A DNA stretch of 64,000 nucleotides, taken from assembly GCA_951406725.2 (NCBI GenBank), contig OX597819.1, positions 64,604,001 through 64,668,000 on the forward strand, read 5' to 3'. Origin of the DNA: Octopus vulgaris (Eukaryota). Shown one piece after another: positions 24,590-39,779 of this stretch. Under the pieces are notes generated by a model. The model saw nothing but the letters and a program-made list of their open reading frames with translations, did no database searches and had not been told where the DNA came from. Position numbers and translations under genes: made by a program. Numbering within the stretch: the first letter of the stretch is position 1; the number at the start of each line of letters is the position of its first letter.

Positions 24590-25850
24590 TAATAGGTTGT
24601 CAAGTATGAAATTTGTAGAAAATAAAATAAAGTCTGCTAAAATATTATAAATACAATGAATAGTTTTATTCATCAAGGCATGCACCCGTATTGTCAATAT
24701 ACTTTTGCCATTTCAGCGGTAGCTTGTCCAGCCCGGAACTGTAAAAGCCTTACATTCTAGAGTCAATAAAATCTTGGAAGACCTGTTTTTCAGCTTCGTC
24801 GGAATTACTTTATTTTCCTATCGAAATGTTTTCCTAATTCTAGAAGAAGTGATAGTCAGTGGGGGCAATGTCAGGTAAGTATGGTGGACGATGGAGAACT
24901 TCCAACTCCAACTCCTGTAGTTTCGCCAATGTCATTTTTGCGATGTGTGGGCTGGCGTTGTCTTGCAATAAAATAGGAATGGATGTGTTGACTAATATAG
25001 GGTGTTTCTTTGTACGTTTCTGCATTCTTTGCTCCAGTTGGCTGCAGTATACTTCGGCCGTGATTGATGACCCAGGTTTAATGAAATCATAATGGATCAC
25101 ACCTGCGCCAGACCATAAAACACATCGTCAGCTTCCTTTGATGAATTTTGCTTTTTGGACTGTGTTCTGGTGGCTCATATTTGTCCAGTCATTGAGCGAC
25201 ATATTTCCAACCATTGTTTTGAACCTTTACGGTTATTGTATTGGATCCATTTCTCATAACATGTTAAAATTCGATTAAAAAATGATTCATTTTTTCAGCT
25301 TTCCAAACGTTGCAGTATTTGATTGTCATTGAGTTCATATGGAACCCGTTTATCCAACATTTTCACTCTATCGATTTAACTAGGTGAGTCAATATTGTTT
25401 GCTTGCCAACACCAACCAACAACAACGAGAATTCACGAGCACTTTGAGATGGATATGACTCGACGGAGGCTTTCAGTTCGTCATTATCCACCTTTGTTTC
25501 TGGTCGACCAGAAAGTTACCAGAACGAAATTTTGCAAACCAATTTAATTCTCTCAGCTGGATAAAAACATTCGAACGAAATATTGCATTAATATTCCAAG
25601 CTGTCTGTGGTGCTATATTTTCAAGAAGGAAAACATATTTCAAAACTGTACGAATAACTGACTTATACATCTTTAAACAAAAATTGATTTCAAATGAGTT
25701 AGAATTAAGAAATAGATGGCAGCTTTTTAACAAAGAACTAAAGATTATCAAAATATAACAAGTGCAAAATATGTGCAGCTGTCAAAGTTTACTATATACC
25801 TTATATTATTATTACGTTCGCTATTTCCAGTAAATATCGGTACTTCGTTG
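24590..25850 (-). mobile_element. Decayed mariner transposon
   Basis: ORF 24840-25100 contains LLQDNASPH and HRPPYLPDIAPTDYHFF (YSPDL-like). N-terminal WFAKFRSGNF in ORF 25473-25751. Confidence 0.85.
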
Positions 25851-25863
25851 TGCCATATATTTA

Positions 25864-25920
<57 letters not shown>

Positions 25921-26339
25921 ATGTATATGTGAATGTATATTTTTGAATGTATACACACTCACGCACGCCCATCCAAAACACACACACACATGTGATATTT
26001 ATCTAGCTTTTCGGAATGATATGATGCTAGTAGTGAGACCTATTTCAAATATGTGAAGAAAAATGCGTTTAGAGCGCATTTTCCTCTTTCCATTAAAATA
26101 TTTGAAAGAAAGTAGCTATCGAATCATACAAGCTTTGTAAACTCCCCCTCGATCGGGTAGCGACTCCCACTTTTTGCAGTTTTATTTACGGAATTTTTAT
26201 AAGAAATGAACCATTTTTCAGTATAATTTACATAAACATCGCTGCATGTGTCCCGTTCCGTTGTTGGTCTTACTGTTATTCTTTTCTGCATTTTCTTGTT
26301 GCATTTGTTGTTACCGCTGTTGCTGCTAAAATGCTGCAG

Positions 26340-26678
26340 CTGTTGTTGTAGCTGTTCACCTCAAGCGCCTGGGGATAACTGCCAGAAGCGCTAGAGCCAC
26401 GGAAGGGAGACGAATCATCTCATCCATTGTAGCCCCTAGTTGCCGGATATAGCGTTCCAACATCAGGGCCGGACATCTCAGTCAGAGATGTTCTATAGAT
26501 TCCACCTCCTCGTTACAGAGTCTGCATTGATCTGTGTCGCTGCGTCCTGCCATTTTTTGCCACCATCTGAGTGCCGGATGATGACCACTGCGGAAGCGTA
26601 TCATGTCCGTGAAGTCTGCCGTCGAGAGGCTGCTTTGGTCCTTTCATCCGGCTTCTTCGTGAAGCCGCACACGCAGCT
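26340..26678 (-). mobile_element. 3' end of an I-group (Ingi/I-like) LINE with CCHC knuckle and (CAA)n-like tail
   Basis: Minus: LRSGHHPALRWW...QCRLCNEEVESIEHL*LRCPAL...RRLR* then CAACAAC. 5' truncation lies in a (CAA)n tract. Confidence 0.7.
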
Positions 26679-26726
26679 GTTGTCGTTGTTGTTGTTGTTG
26701 TTGTTGTTGTTCTTCTTCTTCTTCTT

Positions 26727-26757
<31 letters not shown>

Positions 26758-26807
26758 TTCTTCTTTTCCTTCTTTTTATTGTTATTTTCATTTCTGCTGC
26801 TGCTTCG

Positions 26808-26894
<87 letters not shown>

Positions 26895-26951
26895 GCTACT
26901 ACTGCTATGATTATTATTATGGTTATTATTATTATTGTCATTATTATTATT

Positions 26952-26984
<33 letters not shown>

Positions 26985-27045
26985 TTTGTTATCATTATTA
27001 TTTTTGATATTATTATCATTATTATTATTATTATTATTATTAATG

Positions 27046-27094
<49 letters not shown>

Positions 27095-27110
27095 CATTAT
27101 TATTATTATT
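26678..27110. repeat. Compound trinucleotide microsatellite (TTG/TTC/CTA/TTA)
   Basis: Direct reading. Confidence 0.95.
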
Positions 27111-28119
27111 AAATTCTGCTGAGGTCGACTTTGCCTTTCATCCATTCTGATGATTTCGATAGATTATGTACCACTGAAAAATTGGGGTGAGTGAAATCGA
27201 CCCATCCCCCTCCCCAAATTTCAGGCCCTGTGCCTTTAGTAGAAAATATGTTTATTATTGAGAGAGCAGTGTACGGCATCAAAGCGCAGTATACCTATCA
27301 TGACTAAACACCTGATAACTGTACACCAGATACATTCATTTCATGTATTGTTAGACGTTGTGGAGTCTTGCAAGCGGAAAGTAGTTGTTCACTGCAGCCT
27401 TCAGTGCCGTGCTATCTCTTGTTTTCATCTGTCTAATACTATCCCGATGATTCTGGCTGTGCCATCCAGGCAACAGCTCTAATTGTCACTATCATCACCT
27501 TCTTCATTTTCCACAGTCACGCTATCTTGTATTTAAGATAATTATATATGTCTATTTTTTGCTTCACCTCTTCAATATCTGGAGATAAATTTGGTACGCA
27601 ACCACAATTAAAGAGTACGTGAGATTCACCTAGTCCACCCGACTAGATCCAGCTTCTGCTCAAGCACCTGGTCTAAGGAGAATGGTAAAATCCACAAGAT
27701 TTTGCTGATTACCGACTCAGCCAGTTTCTCTGGTTTGTGCTTATCGATATATCGCCCGTCGTTCCCTTAGTTCAAATTCCACAGAAAGCGACTTGGTCTT
27801 TCATACTTCCAGCGATCATTAAATAAGCTCAAGGTACGCACTGGTGTCGATGTACGCACTAGGATCTCATTATTATTATTTAGTTAGTGAGGGAGCAGTG
27901 CATGTCATCAACGTGACAGTGGGGTAAATATACAAAGCCCAGTATACCCATCATGACTACTCATCTGGTAAAGGTACACCACGCATATACATCACAAATG
28001 TATGCGCGTGACATGGTGATCTCATATCAAGATTAACATGATCATCATCAACAACATGATGATAATGATGATGATGATAATGATCATGTTCATGATCATA
28101 ATCATGATCATCATTATTT

Positions 28120-28628
28120 ATTGACTTTGCACAGTTTCTAACACTAAATATGTACTACTCTGTCAGCTGTTTACTACCAGTGAACTAAGGTAACACCTCT
28201 TATTTTTCGAGCATCTTCCGGAGTATTCGAGTGTTTCCAAGCAGTACTGTGTTCTGCAAGTGCTCCACCGTTATTGCAGCCCCTATTTGTTTCACGTATA
28301 TCTCAAAATTTTTTGCACTGCTCTCAGGACTCCAAGTATTATTGGTACTGCGACCATCTTTTCCATCAATCACAACTGCTTAAACTCCCACGCTATCATT
28401 TCATATCTCTCAACGTTTCTTTCTTCCTATCGCATATCTTCTTGTCAGCTGGGCATGCTATATCTATAATCCAGCACCGTTTGCTTTCTTTCTCAATTAA
28501 CACTATGTCTGGCTTCCTATTCTCTATCTCATAGTCGCCTTGAATCATAAAATCCTATAGAATCCCATGATGCCTTCGGGTTTATGTTCGTACCACTTTA
28601 TTGATCCCCCAAGTCCATACTTGTTTAC
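28120..28628 (-). mobile_element. R4/Dong 3' fragment, same family as 800-1930
   Basis: Shared 3' UTR CTACCAGTGAACTAAGGTAACACCTCTTATT. Translation KWYEHKPEG, RKPDIVLIEKESKRCWIID. Confidence 0.85.
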
Positions 28629-28629
28629 A

Positions 28630-28652
28630 ATCATCATCATCATCATCATCAT

Positions 28653-28702
<50 letters not shown>

Positions 28703-28712
28703 CCATCATCAC

Positions 28713-28763
<51 letters not shown>

Positions 28764-28768
28764 TATTA

Positions 28769-28827
<59 letters not shown>

Positions 28828-28848
28828 GTTGTTGTTATTATTATTATT
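28630..28848. repeat. (ATC)n + (TTA)n microsatellite
   Basis: Direct reading. Confidence 0.95.
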
Positions 28849-29075
28849 AAGGCGGCGAGTTGGCAAGAGTGTTACAATGCCGGGCAAAATACTCTATAAC
28901 ATTTCTCCCGTCTATTCTTTCTGCGTTTAAAATCCTGCGTCGTCGATATTGCTATTCATGTCATCGGTGGGAGATTTAAAGAAAAAAAAAACGTACCAAT
29001 CGTTGACCAGGCGTTGATAATATCGACTTAACCCTTCCCTCCTCAGAAATTACTGGCCTTTTGCCAAAACATGAA
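28849..29075 (+). mobile_element. Degenerate SINE, third family (AAGGCGGCGAG... head)
   Basis: Homologous to 42432-42645. A partial copy also lies at about 27110-27250. Confidence 0.7.
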
Positions 29076-30699
29076 ATCACATTAATACTACTACTACTAC
29101 TACTACTACTTCCACCACCACCACCACCACCACCACCACTACCACAACCACTACTATTGCTATTTAAATTTCGTTGTGAGAAGATATCTTTCGGATTCTT
29201 TCTTTGAAGCACAATAATTCATGTAATTACTAACTAATATTGTAATTGGACTACTTGTATAACAAAAGAATAATTGCCTAATTAATGGGTATCCTCGATA
29301 CCCGCAGGCAGAGTACAGAAAAAATGAATTGTGCTTTACTAACTTTTAATTTTTCTTCTATTGTGACATATTGCATTTTCACATCAAATGTGGTTATCAG
29401 ACTGAATTACGCTCCAAGTATAAACATTGCAACGTGAAACAATACATTAAAGTGTACAATACCGAATTAAACACATGTAAAAATACAAGAAGGTGAAAAA
29501 TCAATATTTTTGTGAAAAATGAATACAAGAAAATAACCCAAACACACGTAGGAGTAATCCTAAAGAGTGCGATGATAGTAAGTATAATTATAGCAGTAAC
29601 GTCTCTAGCATGAATTTAAAAAACTGCGGTCGGTTCATATTGCTGTTGTGTAAAGACAAATCTTTTAATATCTAATTAAATTTTGGAACCATCACAGTGA
29701 AAATGAAATAAATCATAGGACAGAATTTCGTAGAAGCGAATAACATTTCATTAATAAAGACGACAAAGAAAATAATGATAGTAAGTATTGGGATTAAGCA
29801 TTAACCTTACTCTACGAAAAGACGAAAGGTAACAAAAATAGCTTCATCTGAGCTGTTATAACGAGATCCCCAGGACATATCTTGGTATGATGTATGGTCG
29901 AAAACATACACAAGTTATATGATATTTTATGATATATATTTAAAACTGAATCTGCTGCAGAAGCAAAGGCTAAAATTGTCATATCTGTATACCTGTATAA
30001 CTGTCTATATATTTGAGCCGTAGTTTACAAGTCAGAGACACTTAATAGGAGCAATATGAAATATTAGCCATGGATTACAACCATGAATAACATTTGCACT
30101 CGTATCACAGAGCAAAGGAGGTATGAATGCAGAATTAACCTATGTTTAGGTGGAATCAAATAATTTAAAATTCCTAATGAGTTCACTGATCAATACCAGA
30201 AGTGATAGAATTTGTCACTGATACAAATTGTACGAGATTAATGAGAGTGGGGCAGAAAGTGGACTTGCTACACACCTTGGAATACAATTCAACCTAGAAT
30301 TCAATGTCTGGAATAATTTAGAATATAATGGGATGAAATTAAAATATGATAAAAATCCACAGGAACACACAGTCACCAAAAAAAAATTCCGGAATGTGTA
30401 GCAGCAAAAGCCAAATATTTACAGATGGTAACTGAAATATCTTTAGGTCTACTGTCAGAAATAGATGTGCAAACATGTCACTGCATCACCTTTCAGTTAT
30501 TAAACATTAAATAAATGTGCCATGACGAATTTCTCAATATCTCAACTGCTCAGTAGACAAAAGAAGGCTGATGCAGCAAATCAAAATATCAATGATTTAA
30601 TCCAAAGAATATCTTAAAATATCCACAATAGAATAATGATGCAAAGAAACATAAGGTAGAGGGACTATATCTTTCTTCAATAATCTAAATAAGTGATAA

Positions 30700-33120
30700 T
30701 AGACAGGATGAATTCCAACCACGTTTCGTTGTCACTAACTCAACAGGTCCTTTATAGGATTCAGAAGCTAAGGGCGTCATCATGAGGAGCCACGTCCGGT
30801 TTCAGCCTTCTTCTGTTTTATGACATGGTAGGACCCCGCTTTCTGTTTTCAGCTTTGGTATAGAGTGCTTTTTTTTTGTTCTTCTAATGCAGCGTCAATG
30901 AATGCCAGAGGGTGAATAACCACCCAGTCAAATTTTCCTTTAAATCCGCTCAAACAGCCAGCGACAGCTAACTGTCACGTGGCACAATATAAGCTTAAAC
31001 AGCTTCCGTCGATAAACTGTCACGCGGCGCTGTCTACTGACCATTGAAGGGGAGAGCACGTAGGTTTGGCTCGCACTCTCTCTAGGCCTTCCAACAGAGT
31101 CGTGTGATTTTCACCTCCAGCAGCCTGAGTCGACTAGCTGCCTCGTGGTACAAGCTTTCCAACTATCGGGGAAGTGGGCGCACAATAATCGAGAGGGTTC
31201 CCTCGGCCCACCTGTCACTCAGCAACATTATGTAAGTACCAGGCAGCCTCACCTGGTGACGATATTTCCCAGTCGGCATATTATGGCTTTCCAGCCATTT
31301 CGTGCATACCCGTTTCAGCCATATATAGAAGCTAGCGTTGTCGACTGCCTCCTGTATTCTCCTTATTACTTTTGTGAATTCTGTGTTTGGAAATGCAAAT
31401 CTTCTTTTAAATAACATCGCCATTTTCCTTTCGATGAAACTTCTACCCCCCACTGTCAGTTGGTATTACTCGACAGTCCACCCCAGTACCCCGATCTCTT
31501 CGATTAATTTCGCATACCTCATCTGCTTCCGTTGCGCCGCATTAGATGTGTTCTCTTTCCACGGCACTGTCACCTCTAGCAAAATTCCAATTTTTCGGTC
31601 TATATTCCATAGGATTAAGTATTGTTTTTATGGGCGGATATATTAATAATCTTTCCAAATCCGGGGCCAGCTATCAGTATCCCTTCCATCTTTCGTTTGT
31701 CAGGTATACTTTTTCTGAAGGCCTGGCCCTATGTTCTTTTCCCTCCGTCTGGAATAATATACTTCAGCGTTTTTCCACTTTTGGGTACTCACCAATATTA
31801 TATCCCTTGATCTTCTCCTTGAGTACTGCGCTTATGACACAGAGTACTTGATTGTAGTGCCATGTATATCTGTCAAATGCTAGCCTGAAGTTGACAGAGC
31901 ATATCTCACCGTCGCTTTCTCTCCGAATCTACATTCATCAGTCGTTTGTAGGATCCGTCGGAGTAAATTTGCCCTTGAACTCAAAACTTCGAAGATGGAC
32001 TTGATCCGGAAGGTTGTTTTTGCTTGTTCCCAAGCCCAAAGTTCCTCCCATGAAATTCTGAGACTAACGACATATTCCTCCCAATTCAGGCACTGTCCCT
32101 TTATAATATATTGCACCAAATGTACATTTCGCCTTTCTTTTTCCTCCTTTCTCACTTCGTGTACTACTGCCGTCTTCGTTTCTTTTACGCTGTTCATGCA
32201 AAATGGTTTGAAATTTTTCAAGCCTAGACCGGCTCTTGCTTCATGCATCGCTCCAACTATATCACCTTGCCTTAGTTTTCTGATCGCACTGTTTACTGTT
32301 TCCTTCGCTTTCCGTTTCCTCCCTGTTTATATCCTTGGGGGATTTTCTCGAATGTTCTGGTCTTTCGAATACCTTAGCGTTATTAATGTCATCACCTTTC
32401 CTGCCGTATATTCTACGACAATTGATGTCATCGGTAGTTGCAGCACAGGTGTTACCATTTAGTGTAGTTGTATTCTGCTGACTTGGCAGACCAAGTCATT
32501 TTCTGATAAATACACTGCATCTTTGTTCCATCCTTTCTACTCTTGTCGAGGCTATTTCGTACATTTGAAATGGCTACATTATGCTTGTTTTCAGACCAAG
32601 TTGCAGTATCGAGAATTTGAATTAACCTGGTAATGTTCTGCTGTCGACTGCCTTCAGTCCCTGTTCCAATAATTCGTCTGTTTCTTTGCTTTGCTTCTTA
32701 TCATTTAATAAATCTCAATGCAATCTGATTTTACTGGTTGTCCTTTCACCGTTGTCGTCTTCGCCTCATATCTTGAAAAACATCTTTTGGACTCCTTTCA
32801 CGAATGCCACATTAGAGATTTCTTGGTTTTGAATTTACTTTCCGCCCATCATATTAGTTCATCCAACCGAGCTAACGTTCCATCTGCTGCTTCGCTTTTT
32901 TGTGACAATACATTAATGTCGTCCATAGAAACCCTTAAGGGTGTCTTTCTAACAGCTTTCTCAGTTTGTTGACCTTAGTAACATCTCCATGGCTAGCCAA
33001 AATAAGATGACTTATATAGTGCTTCCAGCTGCAATACCTACTTCTAGCCGTTGCTAATCCCTTCTGAACTTTCCTGCTGTAAATCTGATCCTCAGTTTAT
33101 CATTACGTCTCCCACTGCAT
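30700..33120 (-). mobile_element. Decayed RLE-bearing non-LTR retrotransposon, HERO-like
   Basis: Minus: LRVSMDDINVL (RT), AGLG, GQCLNWE...ISWEELWAWE...FRIKSIFEVL, HYNQVL, LLEVTVPWKEN...RKQMRYAKL (RLE). The 3' boundary is approximate. Confidence 0.75.
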
Positions 33121-33539
33121 GGTTTCTGAAGAAACTAGAATAAGGTTATTAGGAAAAATTATATGAAACTATTGCAACCAAATATTCCGCCCATTCTTAA
33201 TTTACTGAAAGCTGGCTGAGAGATGAGAATAGGACACGGATCTCATTCACGCATGTATATGAGGATCATAACATGTCGCGTGCACTTGTCGGTCTGAGTG
33301 ACCGGATTTATGTAATTTTTCTACTTGATTTCACCAAGGCTACTCCAAAAACAAACAAAAAAGACATTACCTTTGTTACAATTTGATTTTTACCACCTGC
33401 TGTTTTATTATCCATCTTCTTAACTTTTTATGTAAAATCTTCATTACTTGTGTCATATATTTTGTACTGGTTGTCTTTTATGAGAGCCCGGGTGGCAAAT
33501 AAATAAATCAAAATCATCAACATCCTCCTCATTATCAAC

Positions 33540-33722
<183 letters not shown>

Positions 33723-34249
33723 GCATAAACATAAAAGGAATCGTTTACAGCGTACGTATGATTTAAATTTTATCAACGTATTAGTTTCATCTTACTGTAT
33801 AACATTAGCATAGCATTAGCTCTCATTTCTTTTATCTTCAACAAGATGCACAAAATAAAATCAAAATATATATCGTAGGAAAATAATATAAAGTATTTAT
33901 GAATGCAAAGAATTAGAAACTTTTATTTTAATTTTTTGAAAACCATAATAACATGTTGTTACTTCTTTATATAAAGTGGGAGCGGCGTATTTTATGTAAA
34001 AGATTTGAAAACAATAACCGTACCATATAATATGAATAGTAAATGCAAAATAAACTTGGATATTTTAAAGTCAAAAAGAATATGTTGTAAGAAATTCGGA
34101 GTAATAGAAACAAACAAACAATCAATTAAGTATATTACAATATGTGATAAAATATAAATAAATAGTGAAACTAAGTAACAGCAACACTTTAAACAAGTGA
34201 ATTTGAACATGCGCATTCACTCATAACTTTATGACACACACATTCACAC

Positions 34250-34298
<49 letters not shown>

Positions 34299-34335
34299 TA
34301 TATATGTATATATATGTATATATATATATATATAT

Positions 34336-34423
<88 letters not shown>
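34250..34423. repeat. (TA)/(TG) microsatellite
   Basis: Direct reading. Confidence 0.95.
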
Positions 34424-34427
<4 letters not shown>

Positions 34428-35157
34428 TATCTACATTTGTGTGCATAGGCAATACTTTATTCATATATGTATACACAAGTGCACATATTATTGTGTGCCT
34501 TGCAATATACATTCACATCGGAAACAAACATACATATGGGTACACACTTAAGAAAGCGCTGAAGATGCTTGGTATTCAATCACGTAGTTTTTGGTTTCGA
34601 TGCGACTGTGTGATATTATGAGAAGAAACGTTTTACCAACGGTTTTATATCGACCAAACCACTTGGATGAAATCGGTATGAAAAAGAAGTTTTTATTACT
34701 TAATCGGATTGTTTTCCCTGGCATCTCAAAGAATTTGTTTTTTTCTTGCAGTTTTCATTTATGCGATCTCCATGAAGTTACTTTAGATTTTCAATCGTCT
34801 GTAAAATATTCAGGTACATCTCACGTTGATTCAAATGTTAGAACTTGCGGTTGATCAAAGAACTGATTACGCCTTGATTAAACTGCCGGATTTTATAATC
34901 ATATTTCGTTGTACCTAAAGAGCATTATCATATTAATTATAAACGCAGACACCGAGACGCTTTCAATTCTTTCCTTACAATTAACCAACTAATTAATAAT
35001 TGAATTAGTTATATAATCAAATGAATGTATCTTCTAGCTTAGAGTCCTTTTGTCACAAACACTTCAATGACATGACCTCCTTACTCCAAGACTGTTGCAA
35101 CAAAATCTTTACGAAACTGAATTTCACAAGGTTATTTATAAATTATATACAAATAGT

Positions 35158-35207
35158 TCTGTCTGCCTGTCTGTCTGTCTGTCTGTCTTTCTGTCTGTCT
35201 GTCTGTA

Positions 35208-35238
<31 letters not shown>

Positions 35239-35249
35239 ATGTCTCCCTC

Positions 35250-35309
<60 letters not shown>

Positions 35310-35310
35310 A
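35158..35310. repeat. (CTGT)n + (CT)n + (TA)n microsatellite
   Basis: Direct reading. Confidence 0.95.
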
Positions 35311-37479
35311 TAAAGAATTTGTAGTGGATAGCGATCTGTACAATTAGACTGCCAAGTGGCATCAACTTTGCAAAAAATAGGAATCATAAAAACTCCGAAC
35401 CTCCAAGAATTATCACTAAATTTTTACAGGCATAGTGGAAAAAAATGTTAGTGAATAAGGATTGGAACTCACCTCTGCAAATTTGCAAAAAGAATGTCAG
35501 TTAAATTGGTACCATGATTTCGAATTTAGCGCTGAACAGCACTTGATTCTTGATATATAATATTTTCATTTTCCATATGTGTCCCCTATTTGTCTCTGAT
35601 GACAGAATATCCCATACATGGGGATATTTGAATTTCTTCATATAATCATACTGTATATGAACTCAGATATTTCCCTTGCCATAATGTTTGACGACTTGTT
35701 TAACTCTTATACATCTGCTACTTCAGAAATCTGCAATAGCTCCATAACTACCGCCTTGGATACAACCTTGGAGCCCCAGTAAGCTGTTACAGCAAATATA
35801 TATTTATATTCATAAATATGCAAATACATATATGAATATACATACATAGGTAAGCATATACGTATATGCACGACTTAATGTTCATATACTTCAGATTTAT
35901 AAACAATTATTAATCTGATCCAAATTAAAGGTCCCAGTGAAGCATAAACTACGAGATATGTTACAGACAAGAAATCAGGTTGAACACATCACCAAGATCC
36001 CTATAAAAATATTAAATATTAACAGAACTACAATTACATTGATGTTTGACATAGAACTACAATAGACAAAGATATAAAAAGTTCGTATTAAAAAAAAACA
36101 CATCGAAAGTTTATATAACATCATCAGTTGCCTAACGTATATCATTATGATCATGACGCTGCTTAGCCCCTTTCAATCTGAGTGCGTCATCACACTTTAA
36201 AACATAAACTCTCCGTGGGAATTCGTATAAATAACTCGGAAGATAGGCATTTGCGCAATATGTCAGTTATGTCAAAGCTCGCCTACTGTTACAAAGCGCA
36301 AATTCTGACATCAAATTTCAAAAAGTAATTCGTTACATATCTGTAGCTATAAAGCATAGAAATTCAAAAGCAATATATAAAAGTAGAGGAATGTCATCAA
36401 CACATTTCTAATGCAAGAACTTTAGATCTTAAAAGTGATAAAACATAAAACGCAATGAACTAAACGTATGAAAAGAAGTTACTGAATGTGGTCGAGAACA
36501 CACGCTGTAATTCATCAAAAGTAAAATAATAACTAACGAATAGCCAAGTTAGAACTGCAATGGTATAGATTAATTACATAACATAAACCAATAGACATTA
36601 CTTCCTAACAACATTACGTGTTTACTAAATGTAAACTAACATGCAGCGTTAACTATTAGGTCTCAGACATCTTAAAGGAACACATGGTAATAAAGGAATG
36701 CAAACCACTATCTACAAAATGTAGCCCTTAATTAAAGAAAAAAAATATTGAACCGAATATTTTCATATAAATGAAAATTAAATATCATAAAACTAAAACA
36801 CCCTCATCGTAACGGAAATATTCACTAAAATTCTTCAGAAGTGAAAACATAATTAAAGCGAAATAGATGCAAGCCAAAGGAGTAACATATAACGTTTATA
36901 ATTTGGACCTATATAAAATAGTAAGTTTAATTATAGAAAATATGTTTAACCTAATATTTTGAGTAAAACATATATACGCAAAAGTTTGACTACACCAAAC
37001 AAAACGTGAGATAATATCCTTTATATAAAAAATGCAGCGGATTGTGTAGAAAGTAATGGAAGCAAATACTTTTTTCCTTAATTGCTGTTCAGTGCCCAAA
37101 GATAGTTTGTAGTCGATACGTAGAGGACCAAAATTATGTTTAAAACGGATGTTATACGTAACAATACTCATATATGATATCGTAAACTGAATCTGCCAAA
37201 AAGTTATCATTACATTCAATCCTAACTAAAACTAATAGTAATGTTGGTTAATAATAATTTAAAAAGAATTTATCCAACATTTTCTCAAAATTACACAATG
37301 TATATATAAGCAATAGTCAAAAGAATTAACTACAGTTTTCTAAACTAACCTCATGTTTCCATAACCTAAGAATTCTTTCCGAAAATACACCGACTTCGTT
37401 TATGATGCCACTGTAATGTAATAAGTTGACAGCAAAACACGTTATGCCGTAATCTTATCCATCCATGTGTATATCTACA

Positions 37480-37533
37480 TCTCTCTCTGTCTCTCTGTCT
37501 CTCTCTCTTTCTATCTATGTATCTATCTATCTC

Positions 37534-37603
<70 letters not shown>

Positions 37604-37622
37604 CATCTATCTATCTGTCTAT
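37480..37622. repeat. (CTAT)n tetranucleotide microsatellite
   Basis: Direct reading. Confidence 0.95.
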
Positions 37623-38409
37623 ATAATGCGTAAATACATTTTGAATCTCAGATGTAATGCATCATGACCCAAAGAGGTTTCTTCTCAAGTTAAAATTCAC
37701 AACAAAATCTCTGAATTATTTTTTTGTCACAGACTTCTTTATTATTAGGATAAGACCAACTCTACTGGCTTCCGAAATAAAAAACTACAAACCTGCAAAA
37801 CACAAAGAAAGCAAGAATGCAAGATACAAACTTAGAAAACGCACAAATACTTTTCCCGTTTTCAAATTCGGTAAGAGAGCAAAGCTGCCTTACAAATACC
37901 TAACTCGCATGTTTCCATATAAAGCTGTATGGCTGTGCTGTCATGTAGTCACAGAGAAATGTGAGATAATGTGGGAATGGAATAGGATGTACTTTATACT
38001 GTCTGTGTAGGGGCAAATGATATGTATTACAATTCTATAAATCAAGGGATACACAACACACTACGGCGCGTGTTATATTCCCACTCCAGTGCACATTTCT
38101 TCTATAGAGATTAACTAAGAAAGCTCCATTCCCAGAAGTGTTTAAATTTTTCCTCATTAACCATCAAATATCATATAATTATATATGCAAATGAGGTGTT
38201 GTTATGTCGGAGAAAGTATCCATCAAATTAATTATATTACCAACACATTACTAAAAAACACTGCAGTTTTGGTTAGAGACTTTTCCTTACCTTCCCAGTC
38301 TGAGATCCGTCGTTATTTCATATTTTCTCTTTTCAGTTTGTATCATTAGTTTTCATTTACCTAAGCTTTCAAGCTGGTCTGACACACTTCCGGGTTCAAT
38401 TAATGGTGA

Positions 38410-38818
38410 ATAATATTGATTTCAAACCCAGTACTTTGAGGACAGGAAGTGTTTAAATGGTTCTTATTTAATTGACCCTGCAGGATGAAATGCAAAGCCA
38501 ACTTCGGCGGAATTTGAACTCAAAACGCAAAGATGGACGAAATAGCGCTAAGCATTTTGTCTGGTGTTTGAATTGTTCAGCCAGCTTGCAGAATACAACT
38601 AATTCAGTACTATTATATTGGTTTCAAATTTCGGTACAAGGCCAGCAGTTTTGGAGACGGGACCAAGTCGATTAATTCGACCCCAGCACTGGTAATCATT
38701 TTATCCACCCCAAAATGATGATAGAAAAAATTGACGGAGTTATTTGAACTCAGAACGTAAAAAGAAATGCTAAGCTCTTTACTCAGTGTCCGAACAATTC
38801 TACCAGCTGCTGCCTTCA
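38410..38818 (-). mobile_element. Two adjacent decayed copies of the third SINE family
   Basis: Two CGGAATTTGAACTCAG-like (reverse B-box) motifs at about 38507 and 38735, each followed by GCTAAGC...CCAGCT. Confidence 0.7.
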
Positions 38819-39779
38819 ATATTGTATTATTTTCACTCTGTATCAGTAATTTCCCAGCGATAGGACACCACTACACTCATATAACACCCCCACCCCCCCA
38901 CTTACACACACATACACATAACCTTACATCAGTAATTTTCCAGCTAATATAAGATTCTACACATGTACTGAGTTCTTTCTCCGTTCAAAGCCCCTCATTT
39001 TTATATATTTCAAATCCAAGTCTTTTCGGGTAATTTAATTACATTTTGATATTTATTTTAGCCTGTGTAGCATCAAGATTCTTTTCTCACTTTGCATAGT
39101 AGAGATACTGCAAAGTATTGATCGGCTTGTTAGACACATATAACGAGTGATAGCCTTGCACACTACATTCTTTATATAATATATACGGTATAATTGACAT
39201 CTCGAAAGAGATATGGTCGGACATATTATTTCTTCAGCATTTTTTTTTAGTTTTCTTAAAATTTAATGGAATGTACAGAGTTTTACTACATGTATTGATT
39301 GATGAAAAAGAAAATAAATACAGAAAACTCTTTACTTGAAACATAATAAATATTAATCAATTTTAGTAATAAAAATAGAGTAATGCATTATACTGTAGCT
39401 TGTTATTAATTTACTAGATTAGTGACAACGGGGTGCATATATGTACGTATGTATGCGTGTGTGTGTGATTGTGTGTGTGTATGTGTGTATGTGTGTGTAT
39501 GTGTGTGTGTATGTGTGTGCGCGTGTGTGTGTGTGTTTGTGTAATGTTGCTCTGACAGTACGTTTACTTCGTGTTTGCAGGAATATTACCATAAACTTCC
39601 CAGATCTTTATTCAGTTCGTGATAGTTTCGATTCTGGCTTCTTTTTCCTGTTTTGAAACTTTCGGAAATAAATGAAGATCATATATTACAGGCGAAATTC
39701 TTGATGCGAGTTAATCATTTAATGATTGTGCATTTAGAGAGGCGGGTAAAACAATAACTGAGCTTTCGCTAAAACTCTT

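Noticed and set aside
30060-30660. Possible retroviral protease remnant (LINTRSD)
   Set aside because: A single weak motif among many stops.
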